Shown here in pieces: positions 1 to 12,990 of a DNA stretch of 64,000 nucleotides. The translations under genes and the position numbers were made by a program. How positions within the stretch are numbered: position 1 is the first letter of the stretch; each line of letters begins with the position of its first letter. This stretch comes from Octopus sinensis (Eukaryota): the NCBI RefSeq assembly GCF_006345805.1, contig NC_042998.1, positions 27,776,001 through 27,840,000 on the forward strand, written 5' to 3'. The notes beneath the pieces are model-generated. The model was not told where the DNA came from, searched no databases, and was given only the letters and a program-made list of their open reading frames with translations.

Positions 1-118
1 AGGAGTGTAGAAGTTGTTCTACGCATTTATTATATGACTTCCAATTTAATGCTAGATATAATTACATACAATCTCACATATATAAAAAATTTTTTCTATA
101 TATATATTATTATATATA

Positions 119-157
<39 letters not shown>

Positions 158-342
158 ATAATGATAATATTTTATTCTCCGATCTGAAGCGAAATATTTA
201 AATAGAAATGACTGAAAAATGATGAGCTAACCCCAGCCAGAATCGGACTCACAAATCAACGGTAACAGGGCTCCTTGCACATCTGTTAAATTTAGTTAAT
301 ATGAACTTAAACTGCCTAATATTACAAATAATATGTGTAAAG

Positions 343-470
343 AAACGCGAAAGACTTTGTAAGTTTCGGAGAGAAAGCTACTATGGAAGACTCATTGTAT
401 AATAATATATTTTATTCTATGAGTCTTCCATAGTAACTTTCTCTGCGTAACTTACAGATCTTTCGCGTTT
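343..470. repeat. Inverted repeat (about 52-bp arms, 24-bp spacer), probable decayed Penelope-like end
   Basis: AAACGCGAAAGACTTTGTAAG...GAAGACTCAT (343-394) mirrors ATGAGTCTTCC...CTTTCGCGTTT (419-470), with a few mismatches. Confidence 0.8.
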
Positions 471-494
471 GTTTATAAATATTACACGTCATAT

Positions 495-579
495 GCATGC
501 AACATACATACATACATATATATATATATATACATACATACATATATATATTATTATATATATAATATATACAGTATAA

Positions 580-612
<33 letters not shown>

Positions 613-813
613 CATACAATATAATATATATACATACATCTATATATATATATAACATATATATATATATACACATATATTATATATATATACATACATA
701 TATATATATATAATACACATATATTTATATATAACATACATATATATATATATATATATACATACATATATAATATATATAATACATATATATATATACA
801 TACAATATATATA

Positions 814-854
<41 letters not shown>

Positions 855-1064
855 CATATAATATATATATATATATTACATACATACATATATATATAAT
901 TATACATACATAATATATATATATATATATACATACATATATATACATACCTTATCTATATATATATATATATACTACACTATATATATATATATATATA
1001 CATACATATATATATATACATACATACATATATATAATATTATACACATACATATATATATATT

Positions 1065-1103
<39 letters not shown>

Positions 1104-1623
1104 CATATATATATATATATAATATAATATATACATACATAATAATATATATATATAATATTATACATACATATCATATATATATATATATATATATATA
1201 CATACATATATATCTATATATATATATACATACATATATATATATATCTATATATATATATATACATACATATATTATATATATTATATATATACATACA
1301 TATATATATATATATATAACATACATATTATATATATATATCTATATTACATACTTATATATATATATATATATCTATATTACAACATATATAATATAAT
1401 ATATATATATATATACATATATCTCTATATATATATATATATACATACATATATATATATATATATATACATACATATATATATATATATAATACATACA
1501 TATATATATATATATATACTACACATATATCTATATATATATATATACCATACATATATTATATAGACATAATACATACATACTAATATATATATATATA
1601 CATACATATATATATATATATAT

Positions 1624-1719
<96 letters not shown>

Positions 1720-1880
1720 ATATATATATATATATATATACATACATTATATATATATATATATATACATACCATATATATTATAATATCATATATATAT
1801 ACATAATATTATATATATATATATATATATACTACATACTATATATATATATATATACATAATATATATATATATATAGG
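495..1880. repeat. Compound (TA)n/(CATA)n microsatellite
   Basis: Almost pure TA/TACA repeats; source of the YIYI ORFs. Confidence 0.98.
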
Positions 1881-2544
1881 TGGGTGTGTGTGTGTGTGTT
1901 ACTAAATATATATGCTAATGTATAGGCTTTGTGTATTTTCCAGTGGATGCAAAGGCATAGCGGAGTATATAACTCACATGTCGCCGGTGTGAAAATACCT
2001 TAGAATCTTGGACAGGCGAGATAACTCACCCTCAATCCCGGTTGAGAGTGATGGACATCGTTGTTTTTCAGCATTACGCATCCGCTTGGGTTGAAGGCAA
2101 ATTTTATATATGCAAATTATATCTTTTCAGTCATTTGACTGCAGCTACGCTTGAGCATCGCCTTGAAGAAATTACAGTAGAATGAATCGATCCCAGGACT
2201 TAAACTTTTCGCTAAGCCTCGTACTTATTCTATCGGTTTCTTTCCGCCGAACTGCTAAGTTGGGGGAAGTAAACATCAACAATGGTTGTCAAACACTAGT
2301 GGGGGACAAACAGAAACACAAATACACACACACCCACTATATATATATATATATATATATATGTTATTATATGTATATATATGTATATATATATATATGT
2401 ATATAATATATGTATATATATATTAATATAAGTATATATAATATATGTATATATATATATGTAATAATATTTGTATATATATTTATGTATATTATTTATG
2501 TATATATATAGGTATATATATATATATATGTATAAATATATATG

Positions 2545-2578
<34 letters not shown>

Positions 2579-2706
2579 ATGTATATATATATATATGTAT
2601 ATATGTATATATATGTATATATATATATATGTATATATATATATGTATATTATATGATATATATATATGTATATATATATATGTATATATAATTTATTAT
2701 ATAGAA

Positions 2707-2762
2707 GGAGCTTCTACAGGACTAGAACTGTTTCATTCAAGAGAAATCTTCAGGAAGCTTCC
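2707..2762 (-). ncRNA. Type I hammerhead ribozyme (mirror copy, left arm of palindrome)
   Basis: Exact reverse complement of 2753-2808 within the perfect palindrome 2705-2810. Confidence 0.75.
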
Positions 2763-2808
2763 TGAAGATTTCTCTTGAATGAAACAGTTCTAGTCCTGTA
2801 GAAGCTCC
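2753..2808 (+). ncRNA. Type I hammerhead ribozyme (right arm of palindrome)
   Basis: AGCUUC CUGAAGA UUUC-UCUU-GAAU GAAA CAG-UUCUAGUC-CUG UA^ GAAGCU: 6-bp stem I, intact core, GUA cleavage after 2800; stem II is only 3 bp closed by U.U. Confidence 0.75.
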
Positions 2809-2926
2809 TTTATATATAAAATTAATTTACTCTGCTATGTATTGAGTACACTTATTTACTGTGGTTAACCCCGAATCAACCCGGACCTGGACATACATAT
2901 ATGTATATATATGTATATTATATATG

Positions 2927-2957
<31 letters not shown>

Positions 2958-3369
2958 TATATATATAATATATATATATATATATGTATATATATGTATA
3001 TATATATGTATAATATATATATATGTATTATATATATGTATATGTATATATATATATGTGTGTGGTGTGCTTCATTCAGTATCCGTCTACCAAATCCACT
3101 CACAAGCCTTTGGTTTGTTCGAGGCTTTAGTTGAAGTCACTTGCCAAAGCTGCTACGCAGTGGGATTGAACCCGGAACCATGTGGTTAAGAAGCAAGCTT
3201 CTTGCAACAGAGCCACGCCAGCACATGTATGAAAAGTATGGAAATAAAATCCCATATATACGCTAACTGATTAATTGTCAGTGATATATAAACCAAAGAT
3301 ACAAATACTGGCATAATGTTTAAATTAAGGGAGTTTCCAATACATTCTGTAAAGTGAAACCTTCTATAC

Positions 3370-3765
3370 TCTTTTCTACTCTAGGCACAAGATCCTAAAT
3401 TTTTGGAGAGGGGCCAGTCGATTAACTCGACCCGAGTACGCAAATGGTACTTAATTTATCGACTCTGAAAGGATGGCAGGCAAAATTAACCTCGGCGGAA
3501 TTTGAGCTCAGAACATAAGACAGACGAAATACCGCTAAGTATTTTGCCCGGCTTGCTAACGTTTCTGCCAGCTCGCCGCCTTAAGAACAGTTAAATATTA
3601 TTTTCTACTCTAGGCACAAGACCCTAAATTTTTGGAGAGGGTGCCAGTCGATTAACTCGACCCGAGTACGCAACTGGTACTTAATTTATCGACCCCGAAA
3701 GGATGACAGGCAAAGTCGACCTCGGCGGAATTTGAGCTCAGAATTTGGCGTGCTAACGTTTCTGC
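3370..3765 (-). mobile_element. SINE family B, two adjacent copies
   Basis: TTTTCTACTCTAGGCACAAG...GACCTCGGCGGAATTTGAGCTCAGAAC...GCCAGCTCGCCGCCTT. Confidence 0.85.
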
Positions 3766-4726
3766 TATAGAACAAGATGAACATTGTAGAAATTGAAGAG
3801 GAGATCGGGTACAAACGTATCAAAACTGAAAAATGATAGAATGTTGGTAAATACCCTACCGATAGGTTATGAAGTTCCGTCGAGCTGTCAAAAAGACGAA
3901 GAGTCTCATTGTCTTGCCCAAAAAGTGAAAATGCTCACGGGTGGTTTATTTCTATGATGCTTATTCATTCAATTTTGACTGATTTGATGGTTTTCTTGAC
4001 ATCAATTTAGCACGGTGTTCTGTGACTACATTTTAGTTCGGAATGATAGTTTTCTTTATTTTTTTTCTTGTAAGTAATCATCTGTTTTTTCTCTCACTTA
4101 CCGACTGTCTGTCACTTCAGATACTTGTTTTCTATTTAATAGCCTTCACGAAGACAGAAAACATATTTTTATTTTCATGCGTATTTTCACCGTTTTTAAC
4201 AGATGTTTTAGCAGGAGGTATTGGTAATCATACAGTAGATACTACGGAGTAGAATGAACGCCTTACCTTCATGGTGAATATAATTTTTCTCTGTCAGATT
4301 TTGTATGCAATATTTTAAATGCAGTCATTATTTTCTTTTATCAAGTTTTGTTAATTCATTTGGCTTCCCGTCAAAAGTATTACTATTTCGACTGAAATAG
4401 CTAAGATATTGATGCACCTTAACGTGTTTTACTTTGAGTTTATCTATCTTTTAAGCATTATTTTAATGCATCCATAATTTAGTCATAATACTTTATTTCA
4501 TTTGGATGTGTTGTGTGCTGTCAAGCTAATTGATTGCTAAGTATTTTTGAATAAGTATTTCTTGAACTTCTTTTTATCTGATTTTTCTTTTGTATTAGCA
4601 GAATATGCGTGTTCTTCCAATTCTCCAGGCCTGCTCTGGCACAAATCCGAATCTCATACTAATTTTTGATGCAAATAATTTACTATCAATAGCAATATTT
4701 TAGTTGTTCATGATCTGACATATATT

Positions 4727-4935
4727 TCTTTGTTACCCACAAGGGACTAGACATAGAGGGGACAAACAAGGGCAGACAAAGAGATTAAGTCGATTGCATC
4801 GACCCCAGTGCGTAACTGGTACTTATTTAATCGACCCCGAAAGGATGAAAGGCAAAGTCGACCTCGGCGGAATTTGAACTCAGAACGTAAAGACAGACGA
4901 AATACGACTAAGCATTTCGTCCGACGTGCTAACGT
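4727..4935 (-). mobile_element. SINE B' (variant with LINE-like tail)
   Basis: CTTTGTTACCCACAAGGGACTAGACATAGAGGGGACAAAC tail followed by the B body. Confidence 0.85.
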
Positions 4936-6590
4936 CCTAGTTCTTCATAATTTGATATATTCAATGTTAGGACTTCCGTATAGAAAAAAGTGTTAGTGCC
5001 ACACAAAACGGTAATGGTGTGTGAATTTTACATTGAAAAATATTCCTCTTCTAACATAAATGAGGCTTACTTTTATAATTCAGTCTTTTTTCTGCATCTG
5101 CCAAATTGTTTGTAGCTTACTCATGGCAAAGGTAATATATATATATTTATATTGGAGCTTTCTTTATACGATTAATGTTCCTAGGACACACGTATAACAA
5201 ACACTGTCAAAATTTTCCTGACAGTTAATTCTTGATCTACCTTTATTCTTATTTTACCTTTATCGATTATTAGTTAAAATAATTGATCTTATAGCCTTAC
5301 ATGCCTTTGAAGCAACCCTTAGTGTCTACTGGAAACACGGGTTTATCCAGATGTTTATTCATTATCTTCGCTGCTAAGTTCTATAAAGTACAGCACCACC
5401 GGTCGTCACTGACGAGTGAATATGACTTGATAGCATGTACCATGCTTTTGCTGATTGTATTCGATGCTTATGTAGTTGGGAGCAAATAAAACCACACGAT
5501 CTAAACCCACTCTCATGAACCAGCGGACATCCAGGATGTGGTAGTTGATAGGATAAAGTTTAACCAGCATCCAGCAGGTAATCAATAAAGCTGAGTGCAT
5601 CGAAGCAACGTGAAAGGAAACGCCTTACTTAAGGACACAACGCACCACCTGTCCAAAACCCGAACCTAAGTCATTATGCCCGTAAGTCCATGGGTCGAAC
5701 ACTCTAAAACTTAACTGCACACCTTAATGGACAAGTTGTAGAAAAGCAGATTATGGGTGAATGCTTTTTAGGGTTTGCCGTTTGAGTAAGATTGGTATTA
5801 AATTTGTGTCCTCCTTAGTGGGTCCATCAGATATTGTTTTAATATTACATGAATCTCTTAATTGCGGCGATCAGGCAGAATCGTTACCGCGGTGAGCAAA
5901 ATGCGTTGCGGTATTTCCTTCGTCTTCACGTTCTGAGATCCAAATCGACTTTACCTTTCATCACTTCAGGATCGATGAAATAATTGCCATTTGAGCACTG
6001 GGATCGATGTAATGGGCTTAACCCTCTACCGAAATTTCTGGCTTTGTGCTAAAAATTGAAACCAATTTTATCTCAGTCTCTTATTAGACCTCTCAGTTAC
6101 CATCTTATGTGCTGTCGTTTATATTTTGTAATCATAATTTTGACCTTTTATAATTTTCTGTTATCTTTCTCTTCTGTAATGTATTGAGATGAACTGAAAT
6201 GAATAGTTTCTTTTATTGCACAAATTGTTACTTTTTATTCAAGCGAATTGGTTGTGGTTTCTTGTGGTCATTTGATTTCTGACATTCTTTCATTTCAATT
6301 CTTGTTTTTATTTTGCTGTATTTGTCTTTGCGTTGTGTATTAATGATTAACAAATATTTTAATTTCACTTTTTTTTGTCTATAGCTGTCTGGTACATAAC
6401 GTTGGCTCAAATCTATAGATGTATTGTGTAGCACAGAATGAAACGGCTAATAAAACAGTAGTTAATTATCTAAATATTTTTCTTCTTTATTTAATATGGA
6501 AAGGTGAACTTTTACTACGGCTTGGCTGGTTTTAGCAGGTCCAGAGTTCAAGTACAATCTCTCTCACTACTTGCACTGTGTTGTTGATTA

Positions 6591-7112
6591 CCGTAAATCC
6601 TCGAGTATAATCCGCATTTTCCCCCCAAAATTTAAAGGTCAAAATCCCTAGTGCGTACTATATACAAGGTTAAAAATGAAAAATATTTTCTAAGCAATGT
6701 CCGTGTCTCTATTTGCTGTCCGGCAATGTTTATTCAGACGCATTTTGTGATGTTGGGCGCGAAAATATCTTAAGCTAAGCCTGATAGCAATGGAGTCATA
6801 AAAGAATCATCCATAACTTGCAGTAAGCAACATTTATTAAAATATAAGTATTCAGAACACAGAATAACATGTAACAAAAACAATTTTAAAACATATTTAC
6901 ATTCCCATATAACAGTTAAGAACATCACCATTATTGTATTACGCATGCACGGAAGTGTTTGTTCGACTAGGTGCTGCTGGCTTAATTACGCACGACTCAA
7001 GTTAGAGAAGGGGTGCGTATTATACACAAGGTTTAGGTTTTTCAGAGGTACAGCCCCATAAAAATCCCATGCGTATTATACTCAAGGGCGGTCTATACTC
7101 GAGGATTTACGG
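6591..7112. mobile_element. Tc1/mariner (pogo/Tigger-like) MITE
   Basis: TIR CCGTAAATCCTCGAGTATA / TATACTCGAGGATTTACGG, flanked by TA on both sides. Confidence 0.9.
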
Positions 7113-7931
7113 TAGCTCTTAGCAGTCTTAATCAAGCTAATCTATGATCAAAACCATTCCAACCGTGACCGTCCAATTTTATTCTAATGTACATAATACT
7201 CAGACCTATACTGTCACATTTATTTGTTTTATAACTGTCTGTTATATAATATTAATGAAAAGATAAAAAATAGAGGTTGCCTCCTTATATTGGGTCATCC
7301 CATAAATAATGCGGATTTTTTGTAGTTCTTTTAGTTTTCAAAATTATGGCGACTGAGAGAGTAGCAAAAGAATTGTATAAGTTTTTTGTCACTTAAATTC
7401 AGTGAAGTACAGACGTTTCACTATTATTTCATTTTATGCTCCATTTTGTATTTTATAAAGTCCTTTGGCGATGAATTCGTGGCGTGAAAAGTCAAATCCT
7501 TACTCGTGCAGGGCTGAAAGTGAATCAGAACAATCACATTGAATGTGAGACGGCTATCATCAAACAAGATGAGCCAATCACCATAATTCTTTCCATTCTC
7601 TGCGGCATAACAACTTAAATAGTGAATAATTTACGTTTTTTCGTCATGGCTCTGGACAAGTTAAAAATATTGGAAACCGTCTAAATGTTATTGAATACGT
7701 AATTTACATATCGCATTAGCAATTCTTGCTATTAGGAAATATTGGGGTAACGTGCGCTACTACTGTACTTCAGCGTAAAATGAGCCCTTTTTGATACATT
7801 GTTTCGCTTTTATTAGAACATTGGATGTTTCCAAGACAATATCACACCCTCTTCAGGAAAGCGTAGTTTTGTGTTTTAGTAAAAACTGATATGATGCTAA
7901 TTAATTGTGATAAACAAATAATTCTTGTCTA

Positions 7932-8387
7932 TCTATATAAAACAGTCCTTGGACGAAAATTGTATGCACATTTTGCTTTGGCGGTTAATGGCGGCCAAAC
8001 CGAGGCTATGATCGAGCTGAAATTTGGCAGGGATACTAAATGCGTGGCAAGGATGAGACCCGCGATGGTTAAAATTCGCAAGCTATAAAGATGTGGTTGC
8101 TGTGGAAAAAAGGGCGATTTTTTATCGATTCAATGGGGGCCCAGAGCCCCTCTAGGTTTGTGTGATTGGCTTTTAATGCCCAATGGCATGCACTGCAGGC
8201 TGTTGTGCTTAATAAACATACATTTTGTCGCAAAATTCCGGCTACTAGGAAACGATTTTTCATTGTGGAAAAACTAGTGCTTTTTGCCCTCATTTTCTTT
8301 TTAATAAAATATTCGTTTTTTTAAAAAATTCCTCATCTTTAAAATGTGGCCCGTGTAGACCCGAATGAAATCGGGTTATAATACTAG
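7932..8387 (+). mobile_element. Non-autonomous Helitron
   Basis: 5' TC (A|TCTATATAAAAC), subterminal hairpin ACCCGA-ATGAAA-TCGGGT (8359-8376), 3' CTAG|T. Confidence 0.8.
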
Positions 8388-8834
8388 TTTAATATAAATC
8401 TGAGATAGCTTTCGATAGAAGTTAGCAGAATTTGATATTGCCTTTTTTTTATAATACTTTTGACGTTTTCCTGTATGGAATTAGTTACGTATTTCTATTA
8501 TACGTCAATGAATTTTCCCCATACAAAATAAGCACAAGACTAAGAAATGAAGATATGTCTGAAGCTATGGAGTCATTAAGTCGCAACTATTTTATTCTTG
8601 TGGTGCGACAATGAAATGATACATAAACCCTTTAACTAGGAACGAAAGCTGGGTCGTGGATTTGTCTATATTATCAGTTTACGTCAGTTTCACATATATA
8701 ATGATACAAATAATTATTGACCATTGAAAACCGAAAAAATTGTATCAGTCCACATAACAAAAGCATGAAATTCACTGGACAAAGTATGAATAATTTTGGA
8801 AGTTTATACTTCTTAAGCGAATGAAAAGAAAGTT

Positions 8835-9175
8835 CTTCAGCGCTATTGTAAAATCCGTTTTTCTTTATGGTTCATCAGCATGGACTCTGACGAAAAATAG
8901 AAAGCAAGCTTGAAGGAACTTATACGCGTAGGTTGCGTGCTATTTTCAACAAGTCATGGAATCACCATTCATTGAATGAAAAGTTTTATTAAATATCCCT
9001 AACATTTGATCAATCATTCAAGAGCTGATAACAAAATATGCTGGCCACTGTTATCGAAGTAAATATGAATTAATGAGTGAGCTCCTTTTCTGGACGCCGA
9101 GCCATAGGAAGTTTTGCGTCGGACGACCCTGAATGACCGTACGTCGATCAAATCTTTCACTATGTTGAATTGAAA
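8835..9175 (+). pseudogene. Decayed RTE-clade LINE, C-terminal RT region
   Basis: With frameshifts, reads FSAIVKSVFLYGSSAWTLTK..ESKLEGTYTRRLRAIFNKSW..AGHCYRSK..LLFWTP..VGRP, which is typical of the RTE ORF C-terminus. Confidence 0.7.
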
Positions 9176-9274
9176 AACAGAAGACCTCAAAATGTCACAG
9201 GAACGTTTGGAGAGAACCCGCCCGAGTCAATAGATAGATAAATATTCTTCAAAACGTTATATATAGTTCTAAGA

Positions 9275-9475
9275 CAGTGCTTTTCAAACTTTTTACTGGA
9301 GCGGAACCCCAAGGAAACATTCCACTGGCTCGAGGAACCCCTGCGCAATAATTTAATAGTCTTATGCACACATGTCTGCACAGGAGAATTAAAAATTACT
9401 GCCGATTTTAGCAGTTTTGTAACTTCTTGCGGAACCCCTAGACTATACTGGTGGAACCCTGGTTGAAAACCACTG
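9275..9475. mobile_element. hAT-type MITE
   Basis: TIR CAGTGCTTTTCAA / TTGAAAACCACTG; perfect 8-bp TSD TTCTAAGA (9267-9274, 9476-9483). Confidence 0.92.
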
Positions 9476-9958
9476 TTCTAAGATATATGTAACTGAGGAA
9501 CTAACGTCCCCCTTAAATTTTAACTGAACCACAATGATGCATCAAAACTTCAATAACATGCCTAGGGGTTTATATTCAGATAAATCACGTCCAGATATAT
9601 ATATTCACACACATATTCGCAATATTATGCATGATAGCAACAAGGAAGTCTCTATGTGGTTGCTCAGTCTGCTAGCAATATCAACGAAATTTTTCTCTTA
9701 TAACACCATACCATGTTATAAAGGACAAGAGTACGTAAGAGAAAGAGGTACCCGATACACTAAGTGGGAAAAGATGGAACTGACTCGTCTGTAATACTTT
9801 CTCACTACTGATCTGCGGATAAGCAGCAGAAAACCAACGTAACTACCCCCTATATTACATCATTTTGTTCTTGCATTTTTTATTCAAAGCTCTAAATACT
9901 ATGTCTCCATTTCCAGTATTTGTTTCACCTTTCTTTTGCAATATACATTCATACGTAC

Positions 9959-10021
<63 letters not shown>

Positions 10022-10105
10022 ATCCAAACATGAACAAAGAGAAAACGCGAGGACGTGAACAAGTATAGTGTTATTGGACGCTCAGGAAAGGAAAGGAAGG
10101 AGGAG

Positions 10106-10140
10106 ATTTAACGTTTCGAGCGGAGCTCTTCGTCAGAAAT
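10106..10140 (-). ncRNA. Minimal type I hammerhead ribozyme in a Penelope-like fragment (about 10019-10215)
   Basis: AUUU CUGACGA A GAGC-UCC-GCUC GAAA CG UU^ AAAU; self-complementary ACGU in place of stem III; the fragment's 3' side runs into (TA)n. Confidence 0.8.
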
Positions 10141-10229
10141 ATAGGAAAAGGAAAGGTCCAAGGAAGGGAAGACGGAGAAAGAAAATCGCCAACAGTATAC
10201 ACGCGGTCATATATTGAAAATCTCTCTAT

Positions 10230-10635
10230 ATACTCTTTTATTCTTTTACTTGTTTCAGTCATTTGACTTCGCCCATGCTCCAGCACTGCCTTTACTCGAA
10301 CGAATCGACACCAGGAGTTATTCTTTTTGTAAGTCTAGTACTTATTCTTTCGGTGTCTCTTGTCGAAGCGGTAGTTTACGAGGAAGTAAACACATCAACA
10401 TCGGTTGTGAAACGACAGTGGGAGTGGGAGAAAAACACAAACACAAATACATACACACACATATATATTATACTACGGGCTTCTTTCAGTTTCCATCTTC
10501 CAAATCCACTCACAAGGTTTTGGTCGGCTCGATACAGCTGTAGAAAACATCTCCACAAGGTGTCACGCAGTGGGACTGGACCCGGAACTATGTGGCTGGG
10601 AAGCATGCTTCTTACTACACAGTAACTCCAGCGCC
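10230..10635 (-). mobile_element. SINE family A
   Basis: TACTCTTTTATTCTTTTACTTGTTTCAGTC tail through to the tRNA-like head. Confidence 0.88.
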
Positions 10636-10693
10636 GATATATATATATATATATATATATAATATAACGTAAAGTGTACTAGCCATATTAATG

Positions 10694-10741
<48 letters not shown>

Positions 10742-11866
10742 ATTGTATATAGTACATACTTATATATAGATTTATGTGTATATATGTATATATATATGTA
10801 TGTATACGTGCAAAGATTTTTCTTCAGAGAATACAGTCTTCGTTTTCTAAAAGTGCTTTCATTAATATTCTTGTTTACAGAAGCTGCACGTAGTGCAAGT
10901 CATTATTTCGCTTTATCTTATTCATTTGCCGTCTCATAGAGTTTGTTCATAGACCTTGTATGTTGGCTGTCATCATCAGTCATAGTAATAAACATATCGC
11001 TTCGACATAACATATTAAAATTTGATCTCTTGTTTTAGTATTTCATTCTGGAACAGATTCTATAGAGCAAACGCTGGCTAAATGCTTGCTCTCAATCACT
11101 GAAAATTTGTTTGTTTTTGAAATTTATGCACGAATAAACAAATTAAATACGCTGATATCCCAATGAAAATGTACAGACAAATCACATTTTGTAATTGTCT
11201 GAAATCTGAAATCGACACAGTCTGAAGGGGAATATTTATAACTTTTATATTTTAATGGAAAAAAAGTTAATGCTGTATTCCACTTGGCTGGGTATGTAAA
11301 TCGCATCTATTTCAACGGAACACAATATAGCACACACACACACACAACCACAGATTACTTACACACGTAGACATACTCTCATATATGAATGATATTTCAA
11401 TGGCTGATTTTGTTTCGGTTTTGATATGGTTTCATTCAGAAAAATAATTCGCTGTCTTTGATTTCTGAAACCTTATTTCATGCCGCTGGAATTCCTGTTC
11501 ATATGTTTATACTCTGAAGTAATAGTCTTTATATAAAATAACGTTAAAAACAGAGTTTATGCTATTCTACATTTGGTTGTGTCTAGTTTACAAAATGATA
11601 TACATGAAAGCTCACTTGGAAAAATAACATTCACGAATCCTATTTCGAATACATGAGTTGCTATTTATTGAATTAAACAATTTTTATGTAATATAGGCAT
11701 AGGAGTGGCTGTGTGGTAAGTAGCTTGCTTACGAACTACATGGTTCCGGGTCCAGTCCCACTGCGTGGCACCTTGGGCAAGTGTCTGCTACTATAGCCTC
11801 GGGCCGACCAAAGACTTGTGAGTGGATTTGGTAGACGGAAACTGAAACACGCCCGTCGTATATATG

Positions 11867-11908
<42 letters not shown>

Positions 11909-12073
11909 TGTATATTGGCAGGGCTGGCCTGCTAGGTAGCCGGCCAGAATGCTAGAAGAAGATCATCAACGATCAAGCTACAAGGGAAATTCTCTAGAGG
12001 AAGAATTCAGCGAACCACCAGAACCAAATTTGGCGGGCAGGACATATGAAAAATTAAATAAAAAACAGACTTA

Positions 12074-12149
12074 AATGCATACCTCGGTTTCGGTCTTAAC
12101 AAAAGAATTACTTGCATAATTCAAGTGTCCGTGACTTCATCAGTACATT
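12074..12149 (-). ncRNA. Type I hammerhead ribozyme, copy 1
   Basis: Reverse complement of the motif at 12915-12990. Confidence 0.7.
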
Positions 12150-12619
12150 CGGTCCTCGAGATGCAAACCGCAAGACTAACCCCAGCTCTCTGTGTCAAGA
12201 CAGACACGTGCTTAGTCTTACTGATTACATCGGGAATAAAATTTCAAATGTCCTGGCTCTGGCGCGCTAAGAGACTCCTGAAGCGAAGGGCTGCAGTGAA
12301 TAATTCACTGCGGGTTGTGCTTACAACTAGGGAACGTATTTATTTAAATATTTAAATATTGAGGGAGATAAATTAATATTAATTTTAATATCAATTTAAA
12401 ACCAGTAGTCCAGCATTCAAAAAATCTGAGGAGTCAGAGAAAATTCAAATATATGTGTATATTGGCAGGGCTGGCCTGCTAGGTAGCCGGCCAGAATGCT
12501 AGAAGAAGATCATCAACGATCAAACTACAAGGGAAATTCTCTAGAGGAAGAATTCAGCGAACACCAGAACCAAATTTGGCGGGCAGGACATATGAAAAAT
12601 TAAATAAAAAACAGACTTA

Positions 12620-12695
12620 AATGCATACCTCGGTTTCGGTCTTAACAAAAGAATTACTTGCATAATTCAAGTGTCCGTGACTTCATCAGTACATT
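12620..12695 (-). ncRNA. Type I hammerhead ribozyme, copy 2
   Basis: Same motif, 546 bp from copy 1. Confidence 0.7.
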
Positions 12696-12914
12696 CGGCC
12701 CTCAATATTTAAATATTTAAATAAATGCGTTCCCTAGTTGTAAGCACTACCCGCAGTGAATTATTCACTGCAGCCCTTCGCTTCAGGAGTCTCTTAGCGC
12801 GCCAGAGCCAAGATATTTGAAATTTTATTCCCGATGTAATCAGTAAGACTAATCACGTGTCTGTCTTGACACAGAGAGCTGGGGTTAGTCTTGCGGTTTG
12901 CATCTCGAGGACCG

Positions 12915-12990
12915 AATGTACTGATGAAGTCACGGACACTTGAATTATGCAAGTAATTCTTTTGTTAAGACCGAAACCGAGGTATGCATT
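12915..12990 (+). ncRNA. Type I hammerhead ribozyme, copy 3
   Basis: AAUGUA CUGAUGA [45-nt stem II, AGUC...GACC] GAAA CC-GA-GG UA^ UGCAUU; cleavage after 12984; stem II base is an A.C mismatch. Confidence 0.7.

Larger units (their letters stand above)
2115..3225 (-). mobile_element. tRNA-derived SINE family A, split by an expanded internal (TA)n that carries an HHR element
   Basis: 3' half at about 2115-2340 (CAGTCATTTGACTGCAGC...) and 5' half at about 3055-3225 (...CCACTCACAAG...CCCGGAACCATGTGG); both match the complete copy at 62961-63369. Confidence 0.85.

Noticed and set aside
489-3189. Long Y/I/C/M-rich ORFs (also at 46751-47145 and 53139-53783)
   Set aside because: Translations of (TA)n/(CATA)n microsatellites; not genes.
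4595-4700. Minus-strand peptide IDSKLFASKISMRFGFVPEQAWRIGRTRIF, faintly myosin-like
   Set aside because: Ends in an immediate stop, has no splice signals and no companion exons; probably chance.
7285-7800. Possible mariner MITE starting TATTGGGTCATCCCATAAATAATGCGG
   Set aside because: No matching second TIR was found, so the boundaries cannot be supported.
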